DNA of 64,000 nt, from assembly GCA_011839185.1 (NCBI GenBank), contig GCA_011839185.1_3918.1; one strand, given 5' to 3'. The position numbers and the translations under genes are program-made. The stretch comes from a phage. Below, piece by piece: positions 10,050-19,518 of this stretch; positions within the stretch are counted from its first letter, which is position 1, and every line of letters begins with the position of its first letter. The notes under the pieces are model-generated. The model was not told the origin of the DNA. It made no database searches and saw only the letters and a program-made list of their open reading frames with translations.

Positions 10050-10931
10050 ATGAAAACAACTATCCGAGTTCTGCTTAATGCTAATACTAAAGGTAGCATT
10101 CAAGAAGTCTTTAACATTATCCAATTCCCGTCTGGTGAGATTGGTGGCAACTTCTCCGAAGACTTTGTTGGATTTGCTGAAAAATTTGCTGGACAGATTG
10201 ATAATGCTTTCTTCGCAGTGCAAGGCTATGACAAAGATACGCTATTTGCATTAGCTCTGGCTAAAGAGGCAGTTGATAAATTGGTTCCTCAAGGTTCAGC
10301 TACGAAGACAGTTGTTTTTGGATTCTTACCAAACGCACGTTATGACCGTCACATGTTTAAAGGTGATGCAGCAGCCCTTAAGGTATTTGCTAATTTGGTA
10401 AATGCAATGGAGTTTGATGCAGTATGTGCTTTGGACACTCACAGTAACGTTGCAGAAAACCTTTTCAAGTGCTTCCACAACTTACCTCAGAAAGAGTTTG
10501 CAGCACACTTTGCAAGTGACCCTCGCATTGATTACTTGGTAGCTCCAGATGCAGGTGCAGCTAAGAAGACTGAAGAGACTGCTAAAGAGGTTGACAAGCC
10601 TTACATTACAATGGCAAAAGTTCGCAACCTGAAAACTGGTGAAATCACTGGTATGCGACTTCTCGATGATGTAGACTTAACTGGTAAAACCGTCATGATT
10701 CTTGATGATATTTGTGATGGTGGTCGAACATTCGTAGAGGCTGCAAAGTGTCTTCGTGAAGCTGGAGCAGAACGTGTGGAACTGTATGTGACACATGGTA
10801 TTTTCTCTAAAGGTGTCCAGAACCTTCTTTACAATGGTATTGACCATGTTTATACTACAAACTCTTTAGGAAATGCTGAAGACCGTGGGTTATCACATTT
10901 CAACAAAGTAACTGTAGCAAACCTTGATTAA
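10050..10931 (+). CDS. ribose-phosphate pyrophosphokinase-like enzyme (PRPP synthetase or ADPR-PP synthetase type)
   Basis: 293 aa; LVAPDAGAAKK and VMILDDICDGGRT PRPP-binding-type motifs. Confidence 0.7.
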   Translation: MKTTIRVLLNANTKGSIQEVFNIIQFPSGEIGGNFSEDFVGFAEKFAGQIDNAFFAVQGYDKDTLFALALAKEAVDKLVPQGSATKTVVFGFLPNARYDRHMFKGDAAALKVFANLVNAMEFDAVCALDTHSNVAENLFKCFHNLPQKEFAAHFASDPRIDYLVAPDAGAAKKTEETAKEVDKPYITMAKVRNLKTGEITGMRLLDDVDLTGKTVMILDDICDGGRTFVEAAKCLREAGAERVELYVTHGIFSKGVQNLLYNGIDHVYTTNSLGNAEDRGLSHFNKVTVANLD

Positions 10932-10940
10932 AACTTTATA

Positions 10941-10963
10941 GGGGCTTTTAAGCCCCATTTTGA
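10941..10963 (+). terminator. terminator-like hairpin
   Basis: GGGGCTT-TTAA-GCCCC followed by ATTTT. Confidence 0.45.
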
Positions 10964-10976
10964 GAGAGATTAAAAG

Positions 10977-12758
10977 ATGACTAAATCACTTTATGCAGTA
11001 CCAGCAGGTTTAAACGCAGATGCTTACAAATCTGGTCACATTTACCAGTATCCTAGTGCAACAGAATACTTGATGTTCAACCTAACACCACGTAGTGACA
11101 AATGGTTTAACAGCCCTTTAGCAATTGACGGTGTAGTGGCTTTTGGTATTCAACGTTTTGTTAAAGATTACCTGATAGACCACTGGAACGCCACCTTCTT
11201 TGAACGTGACAAAAAAGAAGCAATTGATGAAATCTTAGAAGTCATGAACGGTGTTCTGGGTAAAGATGCTATTGGTCGAGAGCATTGGGAAGCACTCCAT
11301 GACTTAGGTTATCTACCAGTTGAAGTATACGCTGTAGAAGAAGGCACAGTTGTCCCTATGCGTGTACCAATTATTGTCTTCCAGAACACTGTTTCAGGTT
11401 TCCATTGGGTAGCGGGGTATCTTGAAGATGCTTTCTCTGCTGAGATTTGGAAGGCTTGTACCATTGCAACTATTGCATTGCACTACAAACGTATCTGTAA
11501 GAAGTGGGCTGACCTTACTTGTGACAACGACTTGCATTTACCTTATCAGTGCCATGACTTTGCTATGCGTGGTATGTCCGGCTTTACTGATGACGCATTT
11601 AACGCTGTAGGACACTTAACCAGCTTTAAAGGAACTGATAGTTTCCCTGCTGTGTATACAGCTAAACGCATCTATGGGCAGTCCTACCCAATCTCTGATA
11701 TTGGTAGTTCTGTACCAGCCACTGAACACTCTGTAATGTGTGCAAACATTGCTTGGGAAGGTGGTAATGAATTGATTGAAGAAGAAAGACGCTTCAAAGG
11801 TGAGTTGCAAACCTTCCGTCGCTTCTTAACAGAGACTTACCCGACTGGTATTGCAAGTATTGTTTCAGACACTTATAACTTCTGGAGAACTGTGTCAGAA
11901 ATCTTGCCAGCACTTCGCAAAGAGATTATGGAACGTGACGGTAAACTGGTAATTCGTCCTGACTCTGGAGACCCTGTACATATTGTCACAGGTTATAAAG
12001 CAATCCACTTAGAGTGTGCTAAAAAGGCTTATTATGAACACCTAAGCAAGCTGGAAGCCAGTGACACAATGCTGAATGCTGTTCTGAACATGAAGCTTGA
12101 GAATATCAACTATGGTATTGCTGGATGGCTACTGTCAGAAGGCTATGAAATGGTTGTTGACAGAGAAGACTTTGAAGTTGCTGATACAGTGATGTTGAAA
12201 AATGCTTATATGGTTGGTTCTGCAAACGTTGTAACACGTCCTGTAGCAGAGATTGATGGGGCCATTAAGACCCTGTATAACATCTTTGGAGGAACTATCA
12301 ACTCTAAAGGGTTTAAGGTACTGGATGAGCACATTGGACTTATCTATGGTGACTCTATCACGTTGGAACGTGCAAACGAAATCCTGAAGCGTTTGTATGA
12401 AATGGGTTTTGCAAGTTCTAACGTAGTGTTTGGTGTAGGTTCTTACACTTACCAGTACATGACTCGTGACACCTTTGCATTTGCTGTCAAAGCAACTCTT
12501 GCGAGCATTGGTGGTAAAGAGATTATGCTTGCAAAAGACCCTAAAACAGATAGTGGTATTAAGAAGTCTGCTTTTGGTGGTGTAGCCCCTATGTGGGATG
12601 GTGAGAACCTGAAAGCTGTAGATGGCTATGGATTCCAGAGTTTTGCAGATGCACTTGAACACCCAGCTTGTGCTTTACGTCTAGTCTTTAGCGACTCTGA
12701 GCAGTTCGGCTACACAACTCTTGGCGATATTCGAAATAATATTGACAAGCAGCTTTAA
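10977..12758 (+). CDS. nicotinamide phosphoribosyltransferase-family protein (NAMPT-like)
   Basis: 593 aa; VIRPDSGDP motif typical of NAMPT/NAPRT enzymes; directly downstream of the Prs-like gene. Confidence 0.7.
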   Translation: MTKSLYAVPAGLNADAYKSGHIYQYPSATEYLMFNLTPRSDKWFNSPLAIDGVVAFGIQRFVKDYLIDHWNATFFERDKKEAIDEILEVMNGVLGKDAIGREHWEALHDLGYLPVEVYAVEEGTVVPMRVPIIVFQNTVSGFHWVAGYLEDAFSAEIWKACTIATIALHYKRICKKWADLTCDNDLHLPYQCHDFAMRGMSGFTDDAFNAVGHLTSFKGTDSFPAVYTAKRIYGQSYPISDIGSSVPATEHSVMCANIAWEGGNELIEEERRFKGELQTFRRFLTETYPTGIASIVSDTYNFWRTVSEILPALRKEIMERDGKLVIRPDSGDPVHIVTGYKAIHLECAKKAYYEHLSKLEASDTMLNAVLNMKLENINYGIAGWLLSEGYEMVVDREDFEVADTVMLKNAYMVGSANVVTRPVAEIDGAIKTLYNIFGGTINSKGFKVLDEHIGLIYGDSITLERANEILKRLYEMGFASSNVVFGVGSYTYQYMTRDTFAFAVKATLASIGGKEIMLAKDPKTDSGIKKSAFGGVAPMWDGENLKAVDGYGFQSFADALEHPACALRLVFSDSEQFGYTTLGDIRNNIDKQL

Positions 12759-12773
12759 AAGTATATGATAAGA

Positions 12774-12795
12774 GGCTCCTACGGGAGCCTTTTTA
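12774..12795 (+). terminator. rho-independent terminator
   Basis: GGCTCC-TACG-GGAGCC followed by TTTTT. Confidence 0.6.
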
Positions 12796-12811
12796 ATTTC
12801 TGGAGAAGATT

Positions 12812-13147
12812 ATGAAAATCAAAGAAATGAACATCAATATTGTCTTAGAAGAACGCTGGGAGAACATCAAGAAGCCTGAAAATGGTCATAAGTTCCTCAA
12901 CAAAATCTTAGTAGCAGCTAAAGAAGAACTGACTGGCAAGATTGCAGCAGCAGTCACAATAAAAGTTTGTGTAAAAGGTCTTCCAGACAACCACCAATTT
13001 GCGCTTGACGAGTTTAAAAAAAGCTTCTACAATCCAAACAAACAGATGCTTGAAAGTAACTTTGCAGTATCTACAAGTATCGTCCATGACAGAAGCTTTA
13101 TCCTTTACAAAAATATGAGAGGTGAGTCATGCAAGCATATTGGATAG
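12812..13147 (+). CDS. hypothetical protein
   Basis: ORF track 111 aa. Confidence 0.45.
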   Translation: MKIKEMNINIVLEERWENIKKPENGHKFLNKILVAAKEELTGKIAAAVTIKVCVKGLPDNHQFALDEFKKSFYNPNKQMLESNFAVSTSIVHDRSFILYKNMRGESCKHIG

Positions 13148-13305
13148 AAATTTTACTGTCACTTGGTAGCGTAGCAGTATTTGTTTACCTTCTTTGCAAG
13201 TACTATGCAGAGTACAAGAAGTGTGATTACTGCAATGGGGAAGGGTATACAAGAGCAGGTTGTTGCCCTATGTGTGGTGGTTCTGGTAAAATGTTTAATA
13301 AGTAA
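13129..13305 (+). CDS. small membrane protein with C-terminal zinc ribbon (58 aa, absent from the ORF track)
   Basis: ATG at 13129 to TAA at 13303-13305; hydrophobic N-terminus then CDYC...CPMC. Confidence 0.3.
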   Translation: MQAYWIEILLSLGSVAVFVYLLCKYYAEYKKCDYCNGEGYTRAGCCPMCGGSGKMFNK

Positions 13306-13333
13306 TTTAACAGTAAACTAAGAGGAAAGTATT

Positions 13334-15700
13334 ATGCGCATGGTAAATGACCACGCAGAAGTGATTAAGAGTTCAACTTCTTTAGAGACGTCTCAAGCAC
13401 AGATTACAATGACACCTGAGATGTTCAGCCTTTTGAGTTCTGGTGTATATACCTTTAAAGAAAGGGCAGTGATTCGTGAACTGTCATGTAACGCAGTAGA
13501 TGCTCAGAAAGAAGCTGGAAAAGAGAACATTCCGTTCCATGTGCATTTACCTACTCGTTTTGAGCCTTACTTTGAAGTTCGTGATTTTGGAACTGGATTG
13601 ACTCATGATAAAGTTATGAGTTTGTACCTAAACTACGGGGCTTCTACGAAGAATGACTCTAATGACTACATTGGTGCAATGGGTATCGGCTCAAAATCCC
13701 CATTTGCAATTGCTCAGTCATTCACAGTATCTAGCTATGTTGATGGTGTTGTTAATAAGTACTCTGTTTATCTTGAGAATGGTATCCCTCAAGTAACTAA
13801 GCTGACCACTAACCCAACAAAAGAACCCAATGGTTTAGCTGTACGTGTGGCAGTTGCTGACCACCGTATCTCAAAGTTCTTTGAAGAAGCTGGAAATGTG
13901 TACTCATACTTCACTGTAAAACCAGAAAGTAATATTGAGTACGACGATGTATTAGCAGATATGAACGTCATTGCCCGTGAAGAAGGTGTTTATGATGCCA
14001 TGATTCATAAGCAAAGCTGGCGTTCTAGTGGTAACAGGACAGAGTTTAATGTGGTGATGGGTAATATTGCCTATCCAGTGAACATGGAAGCATTACTTGG
14101 TGATGATTTCTTCAAAGTCTTGCCAGAGTTTTTCCGTAGGAGCGTAGACCTTGTAAACATCTACATGCCTATTGGTTCAGTTGCTATAGCAGCTTCTCGT
14201 GAAGCATTGCAGATGAATGATACGACAAAAAATGTTATCATCGAGGCTACCAAAAAGATAACTGAAGCAATTACAAAGGATGTTATCAAGAAAGTTAATA
14301 GCCAACCTACACTCATGGATGCTGCACAGGCTTATGCAGAGTTACGTTTGAACTCACGAGAGATGTTTAATGCTGTGTGTCCAAAGCTAGAGTGGGGAGG
14401 CGTTAAGCTTGATTCTCTGGAAGAAGAATTGTTAAACATTCGTCGTGGAATTATCTACGCAGAAGACGGCTCAGTCATTTATGAACGTGACGGTAAAGGC
14501 AATATTAAGGTTGATAGGAACGGGAACAATATCCCTAAAGTAGATTATCTTTATAACCCAGTTGCTTATGTCAAGTTCAACTCTTTAGAGAGTAAGATTC
14601 GTGCAACAGCACTTTCCTACACTCAAGAGGCAAGTATGTTCAATATCTTTGGCGCAATGCGTAAAAGCCAAATTGAACAGTTTTTGTTCGTGATTAATGA
14701 CCGTCGCAATAAAAATGGTACTGAGAAGACTGTAGGCCGCAATCAGATTCTGCGTGGTGCATGTCGAGACTACGCCAGTGAGTCAAGTCTGTTTCACAGA
14801 TATAATGGTATTGTGTTTGTATTCTCGACTGAAAAAGAGTTAGACGACCTAATCAACCTACACAAACTTGATAAAAGCTTGTTAAAGATTGTGAAGATGT
14901 CTGATAAGGAACATCACTATCAGCGTAAAGAAGCTGTAAGAGGTGTTGTAAAACTCTGGAAAGCTGTTCCAGCAGAAGGTGTAGCTTCCTATAAAGAGGT
15001 TTCAGAGGACTTAGATACGATTGAAGAGCCTCAGCTTTATATTAAGGCAGTAGGCGACACAGTTGATGGCGAATGTTTTTGCTCATCTCCAGAAGATGTA
15101 GCTAAGTCAGTTGCCAATGTCATTGGAAAGAAAGTATATGTTTTCCGAAAAGCAAATTGGAAAAAGATACCAGAAGACTGGATTGAAGTAGATGAGAAGC
15201 TCTTGAATGACAGCTTAACTGATGTTCACTGGATTAACCATAACAGGTATATGACACGTATCTATATGAATGGTGTCCTTGACCTTACAAGCAGTTGGAT
15301 TATTGCCAGAAACTTTACGTTCAATAACAGGAAGATTTCTCGTGGCTATTGTTATTCGCGGGATACAAACAAAACTATCTTCTTAGAAGGTAATGAAGAT
15401 GCTGTAGAGGCAATGTTTGGTAAAATCCAATACGTTGCTGCACCATTTGCATACACTTACATTATTAGTGTGTTGCAAGATTTGAAAAGGTGTCTTGATA
15501 ATGATACAAAGCTTTACAAGAAAATTAAGAAAGCTGGTGACCGCATGGTCATTAAGGTGACAAACTACCTTTCAAAAAGAAAACAAGAAAACTTCTTGCT
15601 TTCTCATTTAGATTGGAATAAAGTGTCACCCATCGAAGTGAGTAAGTTCTTAGGCTTTGATGTGAAGTGTGTTCCAGAAGGGACTACAATTTACGATTAA
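13334..15700 (+). CDS. rIIA: rIIA-like protein with GHKL-type ATPase N-terminal domain
   Basis: 788 aa; ELSCNAVDA, DFGTG and GAMGIGSKS motifs of a histidine-kinase-like ATPase fold; followed by an rIIB-sized gene. Confidence 0.7.
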   Translation: MRMVNDHAEVIKSSTSLETSQAQITMTPEMFSLLSSGVYTFKERAVIRELSCNAVDAQKEAGKENIPFHVHLPTRFEPYFEVRDFGTGLTHDKVMSLYLNYGASTKNDSNDYIGAMGIGSKSPFAIAQSFTVSSYVDGVVNKYSVYLENGIPQVTKLTTNPTKEPNGLAVRVAVADHRISKFFEEAGNVYSYFTVKPESNIEYDDVLADMNVIAREEGVYDAMIHKQSWRSSGNRTEFNVVMGNIAYPVNMEALLGDDFFKVLPEFFRRSVDLVNIYMPIGSVAIAASREALQMNDTTKNVIIEATKKITEAITKDVIKKVNSQPTLMDAAQAYAELRLNSREMFNAVCPKLEWGGVKLDSLEEELLNIRRGIIYAEDGSVIYERDGKGNIKVDRNGNNIPKVDYLYNPVAYVKFNSLESKIRATALSYTQEASMFNIFGAMRKSQIEQFLFVINDRRNKNGTEKTVGRNQILRGACRDYASESSLFHRYNGIVFVFSTEKELDDLINLHKLDKSLLKIVKMSDKEHHYQRKEAVRGVVKLWKAVPAEGVASYKEVSEDLDTIEEPQLYIKAVGDTVDGECFCSSPEDVAKSVANVIGKKVYVFRKANWKKIPEDWIEVDEKLLNDSLTDVHWINHNRYMTRIYMNGVLDLTSSWIIARNFTFNNRKISRGYCYSRDTNKTIFLEGNEDAVEAMFGKIQYVAAPFAYTYIISVLQDLKRCLDNDTKLYKKIKKAGDRMVIKVTNYLSKRKQENFLLSHLDWNKVSPIEVSKFLGFDVKCVPEGTTIYD

Positions 15701-15705
15701 AGTGT

Positions 15706-15735
15706 TTGACAAGGGGCTTCAAAGCCCCTTAGAAT
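15706..15735 (+). promoter_or_regulatory. sigma70-like promoter overlapping a hairpin
   Basis: TTGACA, 17-nt spacer (AGGGGCTTCAAAGCCCC, itself an inverted repeat), then TAGAAT. Confidence 0.45.
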
Positions 15736-15779
15736 AGCCTTACAAAATGATTTATTAACTAACAAGAGAGAGTAATAAG

Positions 15780-16889
15780 ATGACTACTAAAACTAAAGCA
15801 CAGATTGACGCAGAAATTTACAAACTGGTTAAAGAAGGTAAGCTGACTAAAACAGCTATTGCACAGAAATTTAATACTTCAACCCGTTCAGTTGGTCGTG
15901 CTGTAGAGCGTCATGAAGCAACCTTAAAAGGGAATAAGAAGGCGACTTCTACACCAGCTACGAAAACTTTGAAGCAAGTTGCTAAGACCTTTAAGAAGAA
16001 AGCTGGCAAACCAGTTGAAAAGGCTGTTAAAGAGTCTGTACAGAAAGCTCCGGTGAATAAACTGCATGAAGCTATGCAGAAAGATGACAAGATTGAGTAC
16101 ATGATTACTGGTGACTCTGTAATTATGACTTACGGTTCAGAATCTGAAATTGTTGAGTCTACTCATCCGAACTATCAAGATATTGTAGTTCATGTTGTGA
16201 AAGGTGAGTTTAAGAAAGCCTTTGAACTGATGAACATTCGTAAGTCTATCGAAAACTTCACTCAGGGTGCTATCACAATCAAAGGTGACAAGCTATTCTA
16301 CGGTGCTGTTGAGATGCGTTCTACTCTGGTTGACCGTATTCTTCACATGATGAAGACTGGGGATAAAGGTTTTGAACGCCTTGTGATGTTCTTCGAAAAA
16401 CTGATGGAAAACCCATCTAAAGATTCTGTAGAACAACTTTGGGGCTTCGTATCTCACCTTGATGTTGAAATTGATGAAGAAGGTTACATCATTGGTTGGA
16501 AGAAAGTATCTACTCGTGAAGGCAAGTTGGTTGATTCTCACACCTACAGAGTGCCTAATGATTTGGGTAACATTGTAGAAATGCCACGTTGGATGGTTGA
16601 TAATAACCGTAACGTGACTTGCTCTCAAGGTCTTCATGTTGGTGCTTGGGATTATGTTCGTTGTTTCTCAGGTGATACAATTCTGAAGGTTCGTGTCCAT
16701 CCACGAGATGTTGTATCTGTTCCAACTGATTACAACGATATGAAGATGCGCTCATCTCGTTATGAAGTTGCAGCAATCGTTGATAATCAACGTAAAGTGT
16801 TGAAAGCATGGGATGGCAAGACTGAAGCTTTACATGTCATCGTTGGTACTGCTGGTGAACTCATCTCTCAGCGTAAACGTGAAATCTAA
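15780..16889 (+). CDS. rIIB: rIIB-like protein
   Basis: 369 aa immediately downstream of the rIIA-like gene; assignment by position and size only. Confidence 0.5.
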   Translation: MTTKTKAQIDAEIYKLVKEGKLTKTAIAQKFNTSTRSVGRAVERHEATLKGNKKATSTPATKTLKQVAKTFKKKAGKPVEKAVKESVQKAPVNKLHEAMQKDDKIEYMITGDSVIMTYGSESEIVESTHPNYQDIVVHVVKGEFKKAFELMNIRKSIENFTQGAITIKGDKLFYGAVEMRSTLVDRILHMMKTGDKGFERLVMFFEKLMENPSKDSVEQLWGFVSHLDVEIDEEGYIIGWKKVSTREGKLVDSHTYRVPNDLGNIVEMPRWMVDNNRNVTCSQGLHVGAWDYVRCFSGDTILKVRVHPRDVVSVPTDYNDMKMRSSRYEVAAIVDNQRKVLKAWDGKTEALHVIVGTAGELISQRKREI

Positions 16890-16906
16890 TAAGTAATTTC
16901 TTAAAA

Positions 16907-16928
16907 GGCTGCTTCGGCGGCCTTTTTT
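16907..16928 (+). terminator. rho-independent terminator
   Basis: GC-rich hairpin around TTCG followed by TTTTTT. Confidence 0.55.
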
Positions 16929-16989
16929 ATTTGTATTTTGTGCAGAGTGCTGTATAATTGTTGTCACGATAAACTAAACAGGAGAACCA

Positions 16990-17538
16990 ATGAAGAAATT
17001 GATTCTAGGTTTGTGCTTAATGTTTACAGCACACTTATCTTATGCAGTTGACTGCCCAGAGCTATCAATTAGCCAAAAAGTGAACATGTTAAAAGCTTAC
17101 CAGTATGGTGAGAATAACATGGGTAAAGGTTGGGGTATCACTCTAGCAGCTATAGCCTTACAAGAGTCAGAGTTAGGTCTGAAGGTAGAAAATAAAAAGA
17201 CCCATGACTATGGTATCTTCCAGAATCACTTGAAGACTGTTGTAAAGCGTAACAAAATTAGTCCTAATGTTGCTAAAAAGAAACTCTTAAAAGATTTTGA
17301 CTATGCCGCAAAAGAAACACATAAAGAGCTTGAGTTTTGGACGAAGGTACATGGTCAGCCAAAGTCAAAGAAGACTTTACAAAAAGTTTTAGCATCATAT
17401 AATGCTGGGTATTCGTACAAAACCCCTAAAGCTAAGAAATACTCTCAAGATGTCTATAACAATATGAAAGTTATCGCTCAATGTGAATTTGCAACAAACA
17501 TTTCTAAGGTAAATCATGAAAAAATTAAGAAAGTCTGA
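16990..17538 (+). CDS. secreted lytic transglycosylase / lysozyme-like protein
   Basis: 182 aa; N-terminal signal-peptide-like segment; ALQESELG ... DYGIFQ resembles the SLT catalytic region. Confidence 0.45.
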   Translation: MKKLILGLCLMFTAHLSYAVDCPELSISQKVNMLKAYQYGENNMGKGWGITLAAIALQESELGLKVENKKTHDYGIFQNHLKTVVKRNKISPNVAKKKLLKDFDYAAKETHKELEFWTKVHGQPKSKKTLQKVLASYNAGYSYKTPKAKKYSQDVYNNMKVIAQCEFATNISKVNHEKIKKV

Positions 17539-18211
17539 TGAAGTCCTGTGCCACGCTTATGACTTGCATCCTCATGAGTTAGGTCTTGATTCCTGTGTAT
17601 GGACTCCAGAACAGTGCAGGGATTTTGAAGACACTGCAAGAGAAGTTGTATGTTCACTGGAAGAGTTCCACACATCAGAACCAATTGTGAACGTTGTGGA
17701 CAAAGAGACTGGACAAACTATAGGTGTAAGGCGTGATAGTTTAGTCATAGTCAATAAAGACCTTGTAGAAAAAGGTAACCTCATCTTAGCAGATATTGAT
17801 GGTGTTCTTACAAATTTTAATCACGAAGATTGCTCAACGGAATTGACTGATGGGTCATTCTCACAGTACACTAATCTTCTTGACTCTGTAAGAGCAAAAC
17901 CAACGTATGTTTTTAGTATTATTGATGCAATTGCTAATCATGCTGCCATTGGACTCTTGACAGCGAGAGGTGAATCTCAGAGAATACCTACTGAGATGTT
18001 TTTAAGGCATAACATAGAGCATGATTACATGCTTTTTATGCGTGGTTTTGGAACTAACTCTATAAGTGCAGAAAGTTTAAAAGTGAGGATGATTCAGTCT
18101 TGCATTCTTCCTTATTTTAATATAGTATGCTTTATAGAAGATACAGAGAAGAATGTTCAGAAGGTAAACAGAATCCTTCCACACATTAAAACCATGTTAG
18201 TTAAACATTGA
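17516..18211 (+). CDS. hypothetical protein, possible HAD-family phosphatase
   Basis: 231 aa; LADIDGVLTNF resembles the HAD DxDG motif; weak. Confidence 0.35.
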   Translation: MKKLRKSDEVLCHAYDLHPHELGLDSCVWTPEQCRDFEDTAREVVCSLEEFHTSEPIVNVVDKETGQTIGVRRDSLVIVNKDLVEKGNLILADIDGVLTNFNHEDCSTELTDGSFSQYTNLLDSVRAKPTYVFSIIDAIANHAAIGLLTARGESQRIPTEMFLRHNIEHDYMLFMRGFGTNSISAESLKVRMIQSCILPYFNIVCFIEDTEKNVQKVNRILPHIKTMLVKH

Positions 18212-18687
18212 GAGAAAAACTTATGAACAATATCATTACGGTAGCACTGGACGATACGGCAAACAAATCTGAAGTAGTTCGTAAAATGATTCAAGGTAAC
18301 TTTGAAGGTAAAATTTTCCGTGCTGTTAATGTAAAAGCTGATGGCAGTATTCGTGAATACCGTGCATTGTTGAATGTTAAAAAGCACGTAAAAGGTGCTG
18401 GTTCAACGACTGCACACAAAGAAAACCTGATGACTATCTATGATATGGGTAAGGCTTCAGAGTTAGGTGCTGAAGGTATCGTTAAAGAAGGTGCTCCGTA
18501 TCGCTCTTTCAATCTGGAAACTACTCTTATGCTTTCCTTTACGAGTGGTTCTAAAACAATCACTTATCTCTTTACTGATGCTGCAACGGTATCTGCTATT
18601 AAGGATAGCACTGTCAAAGCTGGCGTAGTTGCTGCTGCAAAAGCTTCTTCGATGGCTGCAAATATCCTTGCTAAAGTCCTCGGTTAA
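18208..18687 (+). CDS. hypothetical protein
   Basis: 159 aa; followed by a strong terminator. Confidence 0.45.
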   Translation: MREKLMNNIITVALDDTANKSEVVRKMIQGNFEGKIFRAVNVKADGSIREYRALLNVKKHVKGAGSTTAHKENLMTIYDMGKASELGAEGIVKEGAPYRSFNLETTLMLSFTSGSKTITYLFTDAATVSAIKDSTVKAGVVAAAKASSMAANILAKVLG

Positions 18688-18699
18688 GGTTAAGATACA

Positions 18700-18721
18700 G
18701 GCTCCTTCGGGAGCCTTTTTC
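18700..18721 (+). terminator. rho-independent terminator
   Basis: GGCTCC-TTCG-GGAGCC followed by TTTTT. Confidence 0.65.
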
Positions 18722-18739
18722 ATTTCAGGAGATTGTTAA

Positions 18740-19087
18740 ATGACATTTAAAGAGTTCTGTCAAGCTACTTTCATAATTGTTTTCTTAGTTGGGGCAGGTG
18801 TCTGGGGAGGATACTCTTACAGAGACTACCAAGTTGCTGAAACTGAGCTAAACAATGAGAAGCTGATAAGTGTTGCTAAAGATGCTTATCAGGAAGGATT
18901 AGCTACACTGAGCACCAATTACAAAAATGATTTGAAAGATGTGCTTGCTAAGAATAAGCACACAAAAGAGGTACTAACGTATGAAAAAACTAAGCCAGAG
19001 TTTTATAATGTTTGTGTTACTGATAATTATGTCAGGGTGTTCAACGAACAAAGTGAACAGTACATTCAAAAACTCCCAAGTAAGTGA
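18740..19087 (+). CDS. inner-membrane spanin-like protein
   Basis: 115 aa; single N-terminal TM segment then charged periplasmic-type region; 3' end overlaps a lipoprotein gene in another frame. Confidence 0.4.
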   Translation: MTFKEFCQATFIIVFLVGAGVWGGYSYRDYQVAETELNNEKLISVAKDAYQEGLATLSTNYKNDLKDVLAKNKHTKEVLTYEKTKPEFYNVCVTDNYVRVFNEQSEQYIQKLPSK

Positions 19088-19250
19088 GAGTGATAAGTAC
19101 ACTCAAGAAGATTCAAGATTCACTATCAAAGGTAATACTGGTAGTGATGTGGCAGCAGCCCTTGAGTTCTATCGTGATGGATTTTACCAGTGCACAATCA
19201 AAGCTAATAACCTTATTGATATGATTTTATTAGGAAATAAACAGCAATGA
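18981..19250 (+). CDS. outer-membrane lipoprotein, spanin-like
   Basis: 89 aa; signal peptide with lipobox-like IMSGC; starts inside the 3' end of the preceding gene. Confidence 0.4.
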   Translation: MKKLSQSFIMFVLLIIMSGCSTNKVNSTFKNSQVSESDKYTQEDSRFTIKGNTGSDVAAALEFYRDGFYQCTIKANNLIDMILLGNKQQ

Positions 19251-19516
19251 CAGAGAATGAAGATACTTTTTACGTAGAAGGATACTTACTGTTACCGCGA
19301 CCAAAAGAAACTTATATGCGAATTGACTTTATACCAACCATTATGGATAATGTGATGTGTCATATCTTTATGCAGGGTGTCACAGCACAGCTTAAGCATG
19401 TTGGTAAAGAGTGCAAAATAAAGGTTGACACTCATCCAGAAATCAAAGAGAATCACTACACATGGTTCTTACCAGACTCTAAAGAAATCTTAGCAGTTCT
19501 TAAAACGAGGAAGTAA
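19247..19516 (+). CDS. hypothetical protein
   Basis: ORF track 89 aa. Confidence 0.4.
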   Translation: MTENEDTFYVEGYLLLPRPKETYMRIDFIPTIMDNVMCHIFMQGVTAQLKHVGKECKIKVDTHPEIKENHYTWFLPDSKEILAVLKTRK

Positions 19517-19518
19517 CT

